This document shows, in pieces, positions 1 to 9,428 of a stretch of DNA of 64,000 nucleotides. Within the stretch, counting starts at the first letter, position 1. Each line of letters starts with the position of its first letter. The DNA is from Polyangiales bacterium. GTDB taxonomy: Bacteria; Myxococcota_A; Polyangia; Polyangiales; Polyangiaceae. Under the pieces are notes generated by a model. That model was not told where the DNA came from and ran no database searches. It saw nothing but the letters and a program-made list of their open reading frames with translations. The DNA lies in contig JBBRNJ010000012.1 of NCBI GenBank assembly GCA_038230375.1, positions 1-64,000 of the forward strand. The letters run 5' to 3'. Both the position numbers and the translations under genes were made by a program.

Positions 1-100
1 CGTGACACTCCGCGTGTCCGGCGTGGAGGTCGCGCGCGGCGAGCTCGTGCAGATCGACGGCGAGGTCGGCGTGCGCATCCTGGAGAGAGTGAGCCCATGA
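1..100 (+). CDS. 3' end of a FliM/FliN (SpoA-domain) / type III secretion SctQ-like protein, partial
   Basis: Frame 2 reads VTLRVSGVEVARGELVQIDGEVGVRILERVSP*, the SpoA C-terminal pattern (A.GELV...G..GVRI). Its stop overlaps the next start (ATGA at 97-100). Confidence 0.7.
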   Translation, partial: VTLRVSGVEVARGELVQIDGEVGVRILERVSP

Positions 101-642
101 GGGAAACTCTCAGGGCTCTCGGGGTCGTTGTATTCTGCACGTTTCTTGCAGCGTGCGATTCGAAGAGCGGCGGCAGCGCCGGGCCCGCGACGACCAGTAC
201 CGCGCCCGCCATGTCGGTTGCAGGTGGCGGCGACGGTGCGCCTCTCGGATCCGCAAGGCCCGCGGGCTCGTCGGGCGCCGGCACGGCAAGCGTGGCCTCG
301 TGGGCGGGCACGTACACGAGCAAGCAGGCCCCGGAGCCCGCGCCGCGAAAGGCGGAGGACGACGGCTCACAGGGCGTCGGCGACGGAACCATCACGCTCT
401 CGGTCGAGGACAAGACGGCGAAGGGCACCCTGGACGGCGCGCTTGGCGAGAGCGTGCTCACTGGCACGAGCTCCGGCGACACCATGAGCGGCACGCTGTA
501 CCCGAAGCAAGCGTCGCCCACGAGCTTCTACGGCACCTGGGTGCTCGAGAAGAAGGATGGCGCGCTCTCGGGGAAGATCGTGGCGTCGCGCGGGAATGCT
601 GGCGCCGTGCGCGAAGCCGCGCTCACGTTGAAAGGGAAGTGA
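97..642 (+). CDS. Putative lipoprotein, hypothetical
   Basis: Signal peptide with lipobox FLAAC, Ser/Gly/Ala linker, beta-rich C-terminus. Confidence 0.75.
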   Translation: MRETLRALGVVVFCTFLAACDSKSGGSAGPATTSTAPAMSVAGGGDGAPLGSARPAGSSGAGTASVASWAGTYTSKQAPEPAPRKAEDDGSQGVGDGTITLSVEDKTAKGTLDGALGESVLTGTSSGDTMSGTLYPKQASPTSFYGTWVLEKKDGALSGKIVASRGNAGAVREAALTLKGK

Positions 643-1760
643 CGGTGTACGGAGAGACTCGTTACCTGGCCTGGGCGATCTCGCGCTACGCGGGCGTGCA
701 GCATGATCTTGCGTCGAGCGGGATCCGGAGCGTCCCATGGGCCGAGATGGTGGGCGAGGCCGGCAAGGCGACGCCCATGCCTGACATGGACGATGCTCGC
801 GTGCTGGCTTCGTTCCATGGTCGCCTGGCGACCTTCCTTGGCCAACCGGAGAGGGAGCTCACGCCAGCGCTGGGCACATCGCACGCGCTGTGGGGCGCAT
901 ACGCGGCGCTGCTCTCTCCTGGTGACGAGATCATCGTGGAGAATCCCGTCTACGAGCCGCTGGTCCGCATGGCCGACGGGATGGGCGCCAAGGTCGTGTA
1001 CACGGAGCGCCGTGCGGAGAACGGATGGCAGCTCGACATCGCGGACGTGCGCAGGCGCTTCTCCGACAAGACCCGCGCGGTTGCGATCACGAACCTGCAC
1101 AATCCGACCGGCGTACGCACGCCGGACGACGTGATCGCGGAGCTTGCGCGGCTGTGCGCCGAGCACGACGCGCACCTCGTCGTCGACGAGGTCTACGCTC
1201 CGTTCGCGTCGCCGCTCTTCTCCGCTGATGCGCAGAGCGGAGAGGGTACAGCGCACTGGCCCGACGGCGCGCGCCGCCTGGGCGACAACGTGGTCACCGT
1301 CGCGAGCTTGACGAAGGTGTACGGAGCGGGGCCTCACCGGGTCGGATGGATCTGCGCGAGCGAAGAGGTGACCACGCGTGCGCGCAACGCGATGCTCTCG
1401 AACATCGGGCATCTGCCGTGGAGCCACGCCGCGCTCGCGTGCGCGGTGATCGATCGCGTGCCTTCGCTGGTCGCCCGCACGCGGCGTGAGCTCGGTCGAA
1501 AACGCGAGAAGGTCGCCGCGCACCTCCAGCGTTTCCCCGCGTGGCGGTACTCGGCCCCCGAACACGGGCTGTTCGGTTTTGTGTGGAGCCCGGGGCGCCG
1601 CGATCTGCGCGCCGACATCGAGGCGTGGAACGCCAAGACCGGAGCGCTGGTCGTGCCGGGCAGCTTCTTCGGCGCGGAGAGCGGCTTCCGCATCGGGTGG
1701 TCGCTGCCCGAAGAGAAGCTCGACGCGGCGCTCGAGAAGCTGAGCGAGCTGCTGGCGTGA
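639..1760 (+). CDS. PLP-dependent aminotransferase, class I/II
   Basis: TNLHNPTG, VVDEVY, SLTKVYG (PLP lysine) and RVGW motifs. GTG start at 639 (GTGA overlap) or 645. Confidence 0.88.
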   Translation: MTVYGETRYLAWAISRYAGVQHDLASSGIRSVPWAEMVGEAGKATPMPDMDDARVLASFHGRLATFLGQPERELTPALGTSHALWGAYAALLSPGDEIIVENPVYEPLVRMADGMGAKVVYTERRAENGWQLDIADVRRRFSDKTRAVAITNLHNPTGVRTPDDVIAELARLCAEHDAHLVVDEVYAPFASPLFSADAQSGEGTAHWPDGARRLGDNVVTVASLTKVYGAGPHRVGWICASEEVTTRARNAMLSNIGHLPWSHAALACAVIDRVPSLVARTRRELGRKREKVAAHLQRFPAWRYSAPEHGLFGFVWSPGRRDLRADIEAWNAKTGALVVPGSFFGAESGFRIGWSLPEEKLDAALEKLSELLA

Positions 1761-1773
1761 GGGGGAGCGCCGT

Positions 1774-2487
1774 TCAGCCAGGCGGCGCGTACTTTCTGCA
1801 GGTGGCGCCACGCGGTGCTTGCCGCGTGCGGATCGCGCACCACCTTCTCCACCAGGTAGAGCCTGTAGTCGAAGGGAAGCGGCGCGCCCAGGTCCATGGT
1901 GACCGCGTGGTACGGCGGAGCGCGACGGCTCTGGAAGTACATCGCAAAGCTCACGCGCGGCCCCGAGGCAAGCTCGCTGGAGCGCGCGCCCCAGTGAATG
2001 AGATGCGTGCTCCAGCACATCACCGAGCCTGCGCGGGCAGGCACGGCGCGCACGCTCTGGAGCTCGGCTCCGCGGAGCGCGATGTCTCCGTCGCCGACCT
2101 GCGGCGTGGCGCCGGGACCATCTGAAACTCCGCGCCGAGCACGGGCCCTAGCAGGCCGCCGAGCCTGGCCAGGACACGATAGAACTGATCGAACAACAGC
2201 GCGTAGCGCGCTGGATGGCCCGCGGCGGTGACTGCCAGCACGCACGCGCGCAGCGCCTCGATCTCCGCGGGCTCGAGCAGCGGCGCGGTCAAGAAGTAGC
2301 CCTCCTTGCGAAGGCAGGCGAGATGCCGGGCAGCCAGAGCGCCATCCACGGCATACGGCGGCGACGCGACCGCAAACGGCTCGTCGGTGATCGTGCAGCT
2401 GGGCACGAGCTGTCGCCAGTAGTCCGCGGAGGCGGCCTGGCCGCGCCGGAACATCTGCAGCATGGCCTCGGGGCTCTTGGGATCCAT
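1774..2487 (-). pseudogene. Disrupted PhyH-like (2OG-Fe(II) dioxygenase) gene
   Basis: The N-terminal part (KEGYFLTAPLLEPAEIEALR...FQMVP) and C-terminal part (VRAVPARAGSVMCWSTHLIHWGARSS...PRVSFAMYF) are in different frames. The central HxD region is missing. Confidence 0.6.
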
Positions 2488-2553
2488 CAACGGCCCATTC
2501 GTACCGGCGCCCCGGAGTGCATGCAACCTACAAGTTCTTGCGGCGGCGCCTCA

Positions 2554-3525
2554 TCACGTCGGAATGGCTCTGGGCCGACCGACCAGCGTCACGATCGCGA
2601 CGCCCGTCAGGATGAACGTACCCGCGACCAGCGTTCGCCCCGTCACGCCCTGACCCAGCTGCACCCACGCGATCAGCGCCGTCACCACCGGCTGCAGATA
2701 GATGTAGATGGTCACGATGGTGGGCGTGGTCCGCGCGAGCGCCCACGCATTGAACGCGTACGCGATGATCGTGGGCACCGCGATGATGTATGCAAGATAC
2801 ATCATTCCGCGCGTGGTCAGCTCAGGCAGCTGGTGCCAGAGCGGCAGCGCGCCGAACGGCGAGAACCCGAGCGCGCCCCACGTGAAGAGCCACGTGACCA
2901 CACGCAACGCGCCATACTTCTGGACGATCTTGCGCGAGAGCACCAGGTAGAGCGAGTACGCGATGCTGTTCGCGGCCACGAGCAGCGCGCCCTTGTCGAT
3001 CCTTCCGATGCCCGTGAGCGTGAGGACCCCCGCAAGCGCGCACCCAAGACCCAGCACCGTGCGCGCGCGAAGCACGTCCTGGCGCATGAGGACCGCCAGC
3101 ACAGCTGTCACCACCGGGATCGTCGCGCCGACCAGCATGACGGCGAACGGGGTGGTCAACCGGAGCCCCATGAGGAACATCGCCTGGTTCAGCGAGATGC
3201 CGAGCACGCTCAACCCCATGAGCTTCCAGTGCTCTCGAAAGGGGATGGGCGGGTACGTGTCGTTGCGCGGCAAGAGGCGCGCGATCAGCTGGAAAGCCTG
3301 GAAAAACAGCGCTCCGCCGAGCATTCGACCCATGGCCAGCGCTTCGGCGGGAATGCCCTCGCCCCCCAGTGTGCTTGGCAACATGGCGACCTTGGACTCC
3401 ACCGCTTGAGAGCCGAACGCCACTTGCACGACCAGCAACGCGAGATGGACCTTGGCCTTGCTGAATGTCTGCACAGCGGAGGGGCGGTCGCCCTTCTGTG
3501 GTGCCTCTTCTGCCTTCGGGCTCAA
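2554..3525 (-). CDS. DMT/EamA family transporter
   Basis: About 10 hydrophobic helices in two repeats; LGISLNQAMFLMGL, YIYLQPVVTALIAW. Confidence 0.9.
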   Translation of the reverse strand: MSPKAEEAPQKGDRPSAVQTFSKAKVHLALLVVQVAFGSQAVESKVAMLPSTLGGEGIPAEALAMGRMLGGALFFQAFQLIARLLPRNDTYPPIPFREHWKLMGLSVLGISLNQAMFLMGLRLTTPFAVMLVGATIPVVTAVLAVLMRQDVLRARTVLGLGCALAGVLTLTGIGRIDKGALLVAANSIAYSLYLVLSRKIVQKYGALRVVTWLFTWGALGFSPFGALPLWHQLPELTTRGMMYLAYIIAVPTIIAYAFNAWALARTTPTIVTIYIYLQPVVTALIAWVQLGQGVTGRTLVAGTFILTGVAIVTLVGRPRAIPT

Positions 3526-3630
3526 CGATCCGCTTAATAGCGCAACCTGCTAGACTGCAGCCCGTATGTCGGCAACTGGCGCCCCTATTTCGGGGCGCTC
3601 GCCTGAAATGCAAGAGGCCTCGAGCCATCC

Positions 3631-6558
3631 ATGTGGAACACACTCCCGCTCTTCGGAACCCTGGTCCTCTTCGCCGTGATGGTCGCCGCCGGCTACACCT
3701 TCGCGGTGTCGCTGTCCGCGGGTCGCACGGGTAGCCTCCGGACCCTCGCCGCCGCGCGCCTGTCCGCGTACGGCACCTGCGCGCTCATCCTCACCGCGGT
3801 GCTCTGCCTCGCGTATGCGTTCGTGAGCCACGACTTCCGGCTCCGCTACGTGGCGCACTACTCGGACCGCAGCATGTCGCTGACCTACCTGCTCACGTCG
3901 CTCTGGGGCGGGCAGGACGGGTCGCTGCTGTGGTGGTTGTTCCTGCTCAGCACGTACATCGCGGTGTGCGTGAAATGGCTCGGAAAGCGCTACGTCGAGC
4001 TGCAGCCCTACGTGATCGCCACCCTCATGGCCGTGGTCGTCTTCTTCTGCGTGCTGATGACGTTCGCGGCGAACCCGTTCTCCACCAGCGTCGCCGGCGC
4101 GCGTCTGGACGGCGAGGGACTGAACCCGCTGCTCCAGAACTTCTACATGATCATCCACCCGCCGAGCCTCTACATCGGGTTCGTCGGTTGCACGATCCCG
4201 TTCGCGTTCGCGGTGTCGGCGCTCGTCACCGGTCGGCTCGACATCGAGTGGATCCAGGCGACCCGCAAGTGGATGCTCTTCGCCTGGCTCTTCCTCTCCA
4301 TCGGCAACACGCTCGGCATGCTCTGGGCCTACGAGGAGCTCGGCTGGGGCGGCTACTGGGCCTGGGATCCCGTGGAAAACGCGGCGTTCATGCCATGGCT
4401 CACCGCGACGGCCTTCGTGCACTCGATCATGATCCAGGAGCGCCGCGGCATCTTCAAGGTGTGGAACGTCGCGCTCATCAGCATCACGTTCTTCATGACG
4501 ATCTTCGGGACGTTCCTCACGCGCTCGGGCGCCATCGCCAGCGTGCACTCGTTCGCGCAGAGCGGCATCGGAACCTACTTCGTCTACTTCCTGGTCGTGG
4601 TCGCGGTCTTCGCGTTCACGCTCATCCTGTATCGCTGGCCCGAGCTGCGGAACATTGCGCCCACGAAGGAGCTCCGCATCGGCGCCATCGCCGCGGGCTG
4701 GGCCATGCTGCTGATGCTCGTGTTCGCGTACTGGGTTGCGTCCAAGGTCGGCGGAAACGCGCTGGATGCGGCGGCCGCGAAGGACGTGATGAGCCCCGAC
4801 GCGCTCTCGGCGTTCAACCTGAAACGCACGCTCATGAAGGTGTTCGTGTTCGCGTTGCTTGCGGGCGGCGCGGTCTACGCCGGCATCGAGCTCGTGTTCC
4901 GGCGCATCACCAAGGGCGTGCCCACGCAGAGCAAGCTGCCTGGCTTCGAGTCGCTCATCTCGCGCGAGTTCACGTTCATGCTGAACAACCTCGGGCTGCT
5001 CTCGTTCCTTCTGTTCGTGGTGATCGCCACCACGTTCCCGATGGTGAGCGAGGCGCTCTGGGACGAGAAGGTGAGCGTGGGTCCGCCGTTCTACAACGCG
5101 TGGGTGCAGCCGCTTGGGCTCACCATCTTCGCGGTCATGGGCGTTGGCACGCTCTTCGGCTGGAAGAAGACCACCGGCTCCGCGCTGCGCCAGAACTTCA
5201 TCTTCCCGGGCGCGGTGTTCATCGGCGCGGTGGCGCTCCATTTCCTGCTGGGCAACTGGCTGCACCATCCCGCGATCGTGTGGGGGGACCCGCTGTACAC
5301 CGGCGCGCTCGGCAAGGCGCTGCAGGCGTTCAACGCGGTCACGCCGGTGCTCGGCTTCTCGCTCGTCTGCTTCAATGCGTCGGTCGTCATCCAGGAGTTC
5401 CAGCTTCTCTTCAAGGCGCGCGCGAAGAGCGGCGCGGACAAGACACCGTCGTGGCTCTGGTACGCGGGGTTCTTCCCGGGCCTCATCTACACGCTGTTCT
5501 CGCTGCCGCATACGGGTCGGCGCCGCTACGGCGGGTACATCTGTCACCTCGGCATCATCCTCATGACCTTCGGCTTCACGGGGCACTCGTGGAACCAGGA
5601 TCAAGAGGCCACGCTCACGCCCGGACAGACCATGCAGGTCGAGCGCCTCACGCTCACGTACAAGGGCCCGCGCATGGAGGTCGACACCGGGAAGCGAATG
5701 ATCTTCGCCGACGTCGAGGTCACGGAGAACGGGAAATCCCGGGGAACGCTGTCGCCCGCCAAGTTCATCTACAAGAAGATGCCAGAGTCGCCGACCACCG
5801 AGGTCGCGATGCTGCACTCCATCCGCGACGATCTCTACCTCGTCGTCGGCACCATCAATCCGGAGACGAAGGCCGCATCGATACAGGTCCATGTGAACGC
5901 CCTGGTCGGCTTCATCTGGTTCGGGTGCATCGTGCTGATCTGTGGCTCGTTCCTCTGCATGTTTCCCGAGTTCGACCCGGAGGAGTCGCGCGTGTGGCGC
6001 GTGGCGCGAGGTACGGCTGCGATAACCGCGAGCGTGACCATCGGCATCATCCTGGCGCTGTTGCCCACGCCAGCGTTCGCGCAGACGGGGTCCAGCCAGC
6101 ACGCAGGCGTCGTCCACATCGAGAGCGTGCAGGAGCGCGACCTCTTCGGCCAGCTGCGATGCATGTGCGGGACATGCGCGCGTGACCTGCTCTCCACCTG
6201 CTCGTGCGGCGAAGCGGATGAGATGCGCTCGCGCATCCGCGCGAAGATCGCCGCTGGCGAGGCCCGCGACAAGATCATCTCGGACTACGCGGCGGAGTAC
6301 GGAATGGAGGCCCTCGCGGTACCGCCGAACAGCGGCGCAATGCGTGCAATCTACATCGTTCCACTCGCGGGCATCGTCTCGGGCGGCCTTGGCTTCGCGT
6401 ACCTTGCGACGCGCTGGCGGTCGAAGGAGAAAAAGGCGCTGGCCGAACGCGCGGCCGCCGGGCCCGACGCCGCGGGCGGTGACGGGAAGGACGACAAGAA
6501 GGACGGCTACGATGCGCGCCTCGACGAGGAGCTCGCTGACCTTGACGACAACGCGTGA
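3631..6558 (+). CDS. ccmF: Cytochrome c maturation heme lyase CcmF fused to a C-terminal CcmH-like domain
   Basis: GLNPLLQ, IHPP, WWD motif WGGYWAWDPVEN, SVHSF; C-terminal LRCMCGTC...RIRAKIAAGE...IISDYAAEYG...LAVPP. Confidence 0.92.
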   Translation: MWNTLPLFGTLVLFAVMVAAGYTFAVSLSAGRTGSLRTLAAARLSAYGTCALILTAVLCLAYAFVSHDFRLRYVAHYSDRSMSLTYLLTSLWGGQDGSLLWWLFLLSTYIAVCVKWLGKRYVELQPYVIATLMAVVVFFCVLMTFAANPFSTSVAGARLDGEGLNPLLQNFYMIIHPPSLYIGFVGCTIPFAFAVSALVTGRLDIEWIQATRKWMLFAWLFLSIGNTLGMLWAYEELGWGGYWAWDPVENAAFMPWLTATAFVHSIMIQERRGIFKVWNVALISITFFMTIFGTFLTRSGAIASVHSFAQSGIGTYFVYFLVVVAVFAFTLILYRWPELRNIAPTKELRIGAIAAGWAMLLMLVFAYWVASKVGGNALDAAAAKDVMSPDALSAFNLKRTLMKVFVFALLAGGAVYAGIELVFRRITKGVPTQSKLPGFESLISREFTFMLNNLGLLSFLLFVVIATTFPMVSEALWDEKVSVGPPFYNAWVQPLGLTIFAVMGVGTLFGWKKTTGSALRQNFIFPGAVFIGAVALHFLLGNWLHHPAIVWGDPLYTGALGKALQAFNAVTPVLGFSLVCFNASVVIQEFQLLFKARAKSGADKTPSWLWYAGFFPGLIYTLFSLPHTGRRRYGGYICHLGIILMTFGFTGHSWNQDQEATLTPGQTMQVERLTLTYKGPRMEVDTGKRMIFADVEVTENGKSRGTLSPAKFIYKKMPESPTTEVAMLHSIRDDLYLVVGTINPETKAASIQVHVNALVGFIWFGCIVLICGSFLCMFPEFDPEESRVWRVARGTAAITASVTIGIILALLPTPAFAQTGSSQHAGVVHIESVQERDLFGQLRCMCGTCARDLLSTCSCGEADEMRSRIRAKIAAGEARDKIISDYAAEYGMEALAVPPNSGAMRAIYIVPLAGIVSGGLGFAYLATRWRSKEKKALAERAAAGPDAAGGDGKDDKKDGYDARLDEELADLDDNA

Positions 6559-6610
6559 GACCCATGGATCGTGCTAAAAATGCCGCGCGGAAGCGTCTGA
6601 ACGTGCCCAC

Positions 6611-7573
6611 ATGATCACCACGAACCTCAAGATCGCCATCGCGGTCGGCTTTGCCGTCCTCTGGTCGGGTGCGGTGTATTTCCTGCCCGCGTCCCAGTTG
6701 ATCCTGGGCCTGTGCGGCGGAGCGCTGCTCATCTCCGTGCTGTTCTTCTGGAACAGCCTGCGCACGCTCGGCGGTGACACGGACGTCCCCGACGAGGCAA
6801 CGCGCACGGTCGAGCACGGCCCGCTCGAGGCGATGATCGCGCGCAAGAAGATGCTTCTTCTGTCGCTCAAGGATCTCGACAACGAGCGGAAGCTCGGGAA
6901 GATCCTGCCGGCGGACTTCGAGGACGTCTCCTTCCGCTACCGCGAAGAAGTGAAGTCGCTGATGCGTCAGATGGATGCTGCCGCGGAGCCCTATCGCGCG
7001 CGCGCCGAGGATCTCGCGACCAAGCATCTGCGTGATCAAGGGCTCATGCCGCGCGACGATCAGAAGGCCGTCTCCGACGCGGAGCGCGCCACGCGAAAGC
7101 AAGACAGCGTGGAGAAAGCCGCCGCGACCGTGCTGGAGCGCGACGCGCGAGCGGACGAGAGCGACGGCGACGACGACGACGACGACGACGCGCCGGTGGA
7201 CTCCAGGGCGATCACGAAGCCCAACACCATACCGCTCGCCGCGCGTCCTAGCAGGCCCCCGCCTGCAGAGGAGAAGGCCGCGGAGACGCTGCTCTCCACG
7301 AAGAAGAGCCTCGACATCGACCCCGCAAAGCTCGAGGCCGGCGGATCGATCGGCCGAAGAGCGTGTCCGTCGTGCAAGGCCTCCAACGAGCCGGACGCGA
7401 AGTTCTGCAAGGAGTGCGCAGCACCCCTCCGCGGCAAGACCGAATCGCTCGCGGCGCAGAAGGCGGAGCCCGAGGCGCGCGCCTTGGCGGCGACCGCCGA
7501 ACCTGCCGAGACACTCGAACGCGACGATGCAGACAAGACGGCCAGCAAGACGGAGGGCGCGACCGATGCGTAG
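6611..7573 (+). CDS. Membrane protein with CcmI-like cytoplasmic helix, acidic tract and zinc ribbon
   Basis: Two N-terminal TM helices, LKDLDNERKLGKILPADF, poly-Asp, CPSC...FCKEC. Confidence 0.7.
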   Translation: MITTNLKIAIAVGFAVLWSGAVYFLPASQLILGLCGGALLISVLFFWNSLRTLGGDTDVPDEATRTVEHGPLEAMIARKKMLLLSLKDLDNERKLGKILPADFEDVSFRYREEVKSLMRQMDAAAEPYRARAEDLATKHLRDQGLMPRDDQKAVSDAERATRKQDSVEKAAATVLERDARADESDGDDDDDDDAPVDSRAITKPNTIPLAARPSRPPPAEEKAAETLLSTKKSLDIDPAKLEAGGSIGRRACPSCKASNEPDAKFCKECAAPLRGKTESLAAQKAEPEARALAATAEPAETLERDDADKTASKTEGATDA

Positions 7574-9014
7574 GCTCGTGGTTCCCGCAATCCTCGTTCT
7601 CGCTGCGAGCACGCTTGCGTCCGCAGATGTTCGCGCGGCTGGTCCCGCGCCTGCTTCATCTTCATCTGCCGCGTCTGCTTCATCTGCCGCAGGCGCTGCA
7701 GCAGGTGCGGTCGCCTCGCCGCACGGCCCCGGTGGCGCGATCCAGCTGGGCGACGAGGGTGACGACGACGGACAAGCGTTGCCCCCCGGGCATCCCGGCG
7801 TTGGCGGTCCCGGCGCTCAAGTTGGCGGAGATCCGCACGCGGCGCATGCTGGTGGCAACGCCGGTCAGCAGCCGAACGGCACGTTCGAGCCGCCGCCGGA
7901 TCTGACGGAAGAAGCCATGGACCTCCCGCCAGGTGTCATCGTCGCGCAGATCGTGGATCCCACGGAAAAACCCCTGCCGAATGCGATGGTCACGGTCGGC
8001 ATCCTGAACAACTCCGTCGCGAAGGGCGAGAGCCGCAAGAAGGTCGTCCGTCAGGCGAACGCGCAGGGTGAGCTCCGCCTCGATCACCTGGAGACTGACA
8101 GCCACATCGCCTACCGCGTCACCGTGCCCATGGACGGCGCGACGTTCGCGGCGAATCCGTTCCGTCTGCCCGAGAAGCACGGCATGCGGGTCAGGCTGCA
8201 CGTGTACCCCGTCACGCACGACGTGGAGAGCGCGCTCATCGTCACGCAGTCGATCGTCTACGTCGAGATGAAGGACGATCGCGTGCAGATCCAGGAGGCG
8301 ATCAGTGTCTGGAACTTCGGCGCCGTGACCTGGGTGCCAGAGAACGTGATCCTCACGTTGCCCTCGAACTTCACGGGCTTCTCCACGCAGCAAGGCATGA
8401 CCGACACGGGCGTGGACAGCGTCGACAAGGTCGGCGTGAAGATGAAGGGCACGTTCACGCCCGGCCGCCACGAGATCGAGTTCCGCTGGCAGCTCCCGTA
8501 CGACGGCGAGGCGCAGGTGCTCTTCGACGCCGGGATGCCTCCGCACCTCGCGGCGGCGCGCACCATGGCGCCCGCATCGAAGTCGATGACGTTCAGCGCG
8601 ACGGGCTTTCCCCCCGCGGTCTCGCGCACGGACGGACAGGGCCAGCGCGTGCTCGTGAGCGAGCGCCAGTTGAGCCGCGGCGAGCCCCCCCTGAAGGCGC
8701 TACACGTCGAGCTGCGTGATCTCCCCACGCAGGGGCCCGGACGCTACATCGCGACGTCCTTGACCGTCGTGGGGCTGGCAACGGGCATCGCGCTGGCCCT
8801 CCAGGGTCGGAGCGCCAGGGACCGCCGTTCGCAGTCGCGCAAGAAGGACCAGAAGGACATCCGCAAGGAGCTGCTCGCGGAGCTCTCGGGCCTCGAGGAC
8901 GCGCACAAGCGTGGCGACATCGGGCCGCAGACGTATGCACGCGCCAGACGCGAGCTGATCGACCAGATCGCGCTTACTTTTGCGCCCGCGCCCACCGCTG
9001 CCACCGCGGCTTGA
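7566..9014 (+). CDS. Exported, C-terminally anchored protein with beta-sandwich (carboxypeptidase-regulatory-like) domain
   Basis: ATG at 7566 overlaps the upstream stop. Signal peptide MRRLVVPAILVLAA, PPGHP/DPHAAH linker, TM helix, then ELSGLEDAHKRGDI...Y..ARREL. Confidence 0.75.
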   Translation: MRRLVVPAILVLAASTLASADVRAAGPAPASSSSAASASSAAGAAAGAVASPHGPGGAIQLGDEGDDDGQALPPGHPGVGGPGAQVGGDPHAAHAGGNAGQQPNGTFEPPPDLTEEAMDLPPGVIVAQIVDPTEKPLPNAMVTVGILNNSVAKGESRKKVVRQANAQGELRLDHLETDSHIAYRVTVPMDGATFAANPFRLPEKHGMRVRLHVYPVTHDVESALIVTQSIVYVEMKDDRVQIQEAISVWNFGAVTWVPENVILTLPSNFTGFSTQQGMTDTGVDSVDKVGVKMKGTFTPGRHEIEFRWQLPYDGEAQVLFDAGMPPHLAAARTMAPASKSMTFSATGFPPAVSRTDGQGQRVLVSERQLSRGEPPLKALHVELRDLPTQGPGRYIATSLTVVGLATGIALALQGRSARDRRSQSRKKDQKDIRKELLAELSGLEDAHKRGDIGPQTYARARRELIDQIALTFAPAPTAATAA

Positions 9015-9428
9015 GCGAAGGCCCCGCCCGCACACGCGCCCTCTGGATAACTTGCCCGAAAGCCTGTGGGTGCCCCTGCTGGTAGGCCTGCGGAGGGCTC
9101 GGGGGAATCGTGGGATTCTATCCTACCCAGACTTACTCCCGCGCCTTTCCCGCCCGAGCCCACAGCCGCCGAGGCGGATATCCTGCGCGACTACATAGGC
9201 TTGTGGGGTTTTCCCCGGTTCCCACAGGGCCTACTAAGACGACGGTTAAATATATATTCTATGATGGGATAGGGATAGGTGGTCTCACATCCCCTTACCG
9301 GAAGGCTGGTCATTGCCAGCCTGAGGCCAGAGCAACAACGGAGCGAAGTGAGCAAGTGCGCGGCGATGGTCCGGCGCCCCTTGACCCCGAGTCGCAACCA
9401 GGAGAAGGAAGGAGCCTGCGAGGGTGCC
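9015..9428. other. Putative replication origin oriC
   Basis: TCTGGATAA (9042-9050, one mismatch to the DnaA box). CCTG-anchored degenerate boxes at 9063/9075/9087 (12-bp period). TTTTCCCCG-GTTCCCACA-GGGCC-TACTAAGACGAC, then AT-rich TTAAATATATATTCTAT (9246-9262). Directly upstream of dnaN. Confidence 0.8.

Noticed and set aside
3579..3598. Hairpin GCGCCCC-TATTTC-GGGGCGC upstream of ccmF
   Set aside because: A short GC-only stem that is plausible by chance; no function can be supported.
7169..7189. (GAC)7 microsatellite as a phase-variation tract
   Set aside because: An in-frame triplet repeat encoding poly-Asp in a disordered linker; slippage would not shift the frame.
9066..9428. Short ORFs and the extended dnaN N-terminus across the origin region
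   Set aside because: DnaN similarity starts at GTG 9429, and the tract is better explained as oriC.
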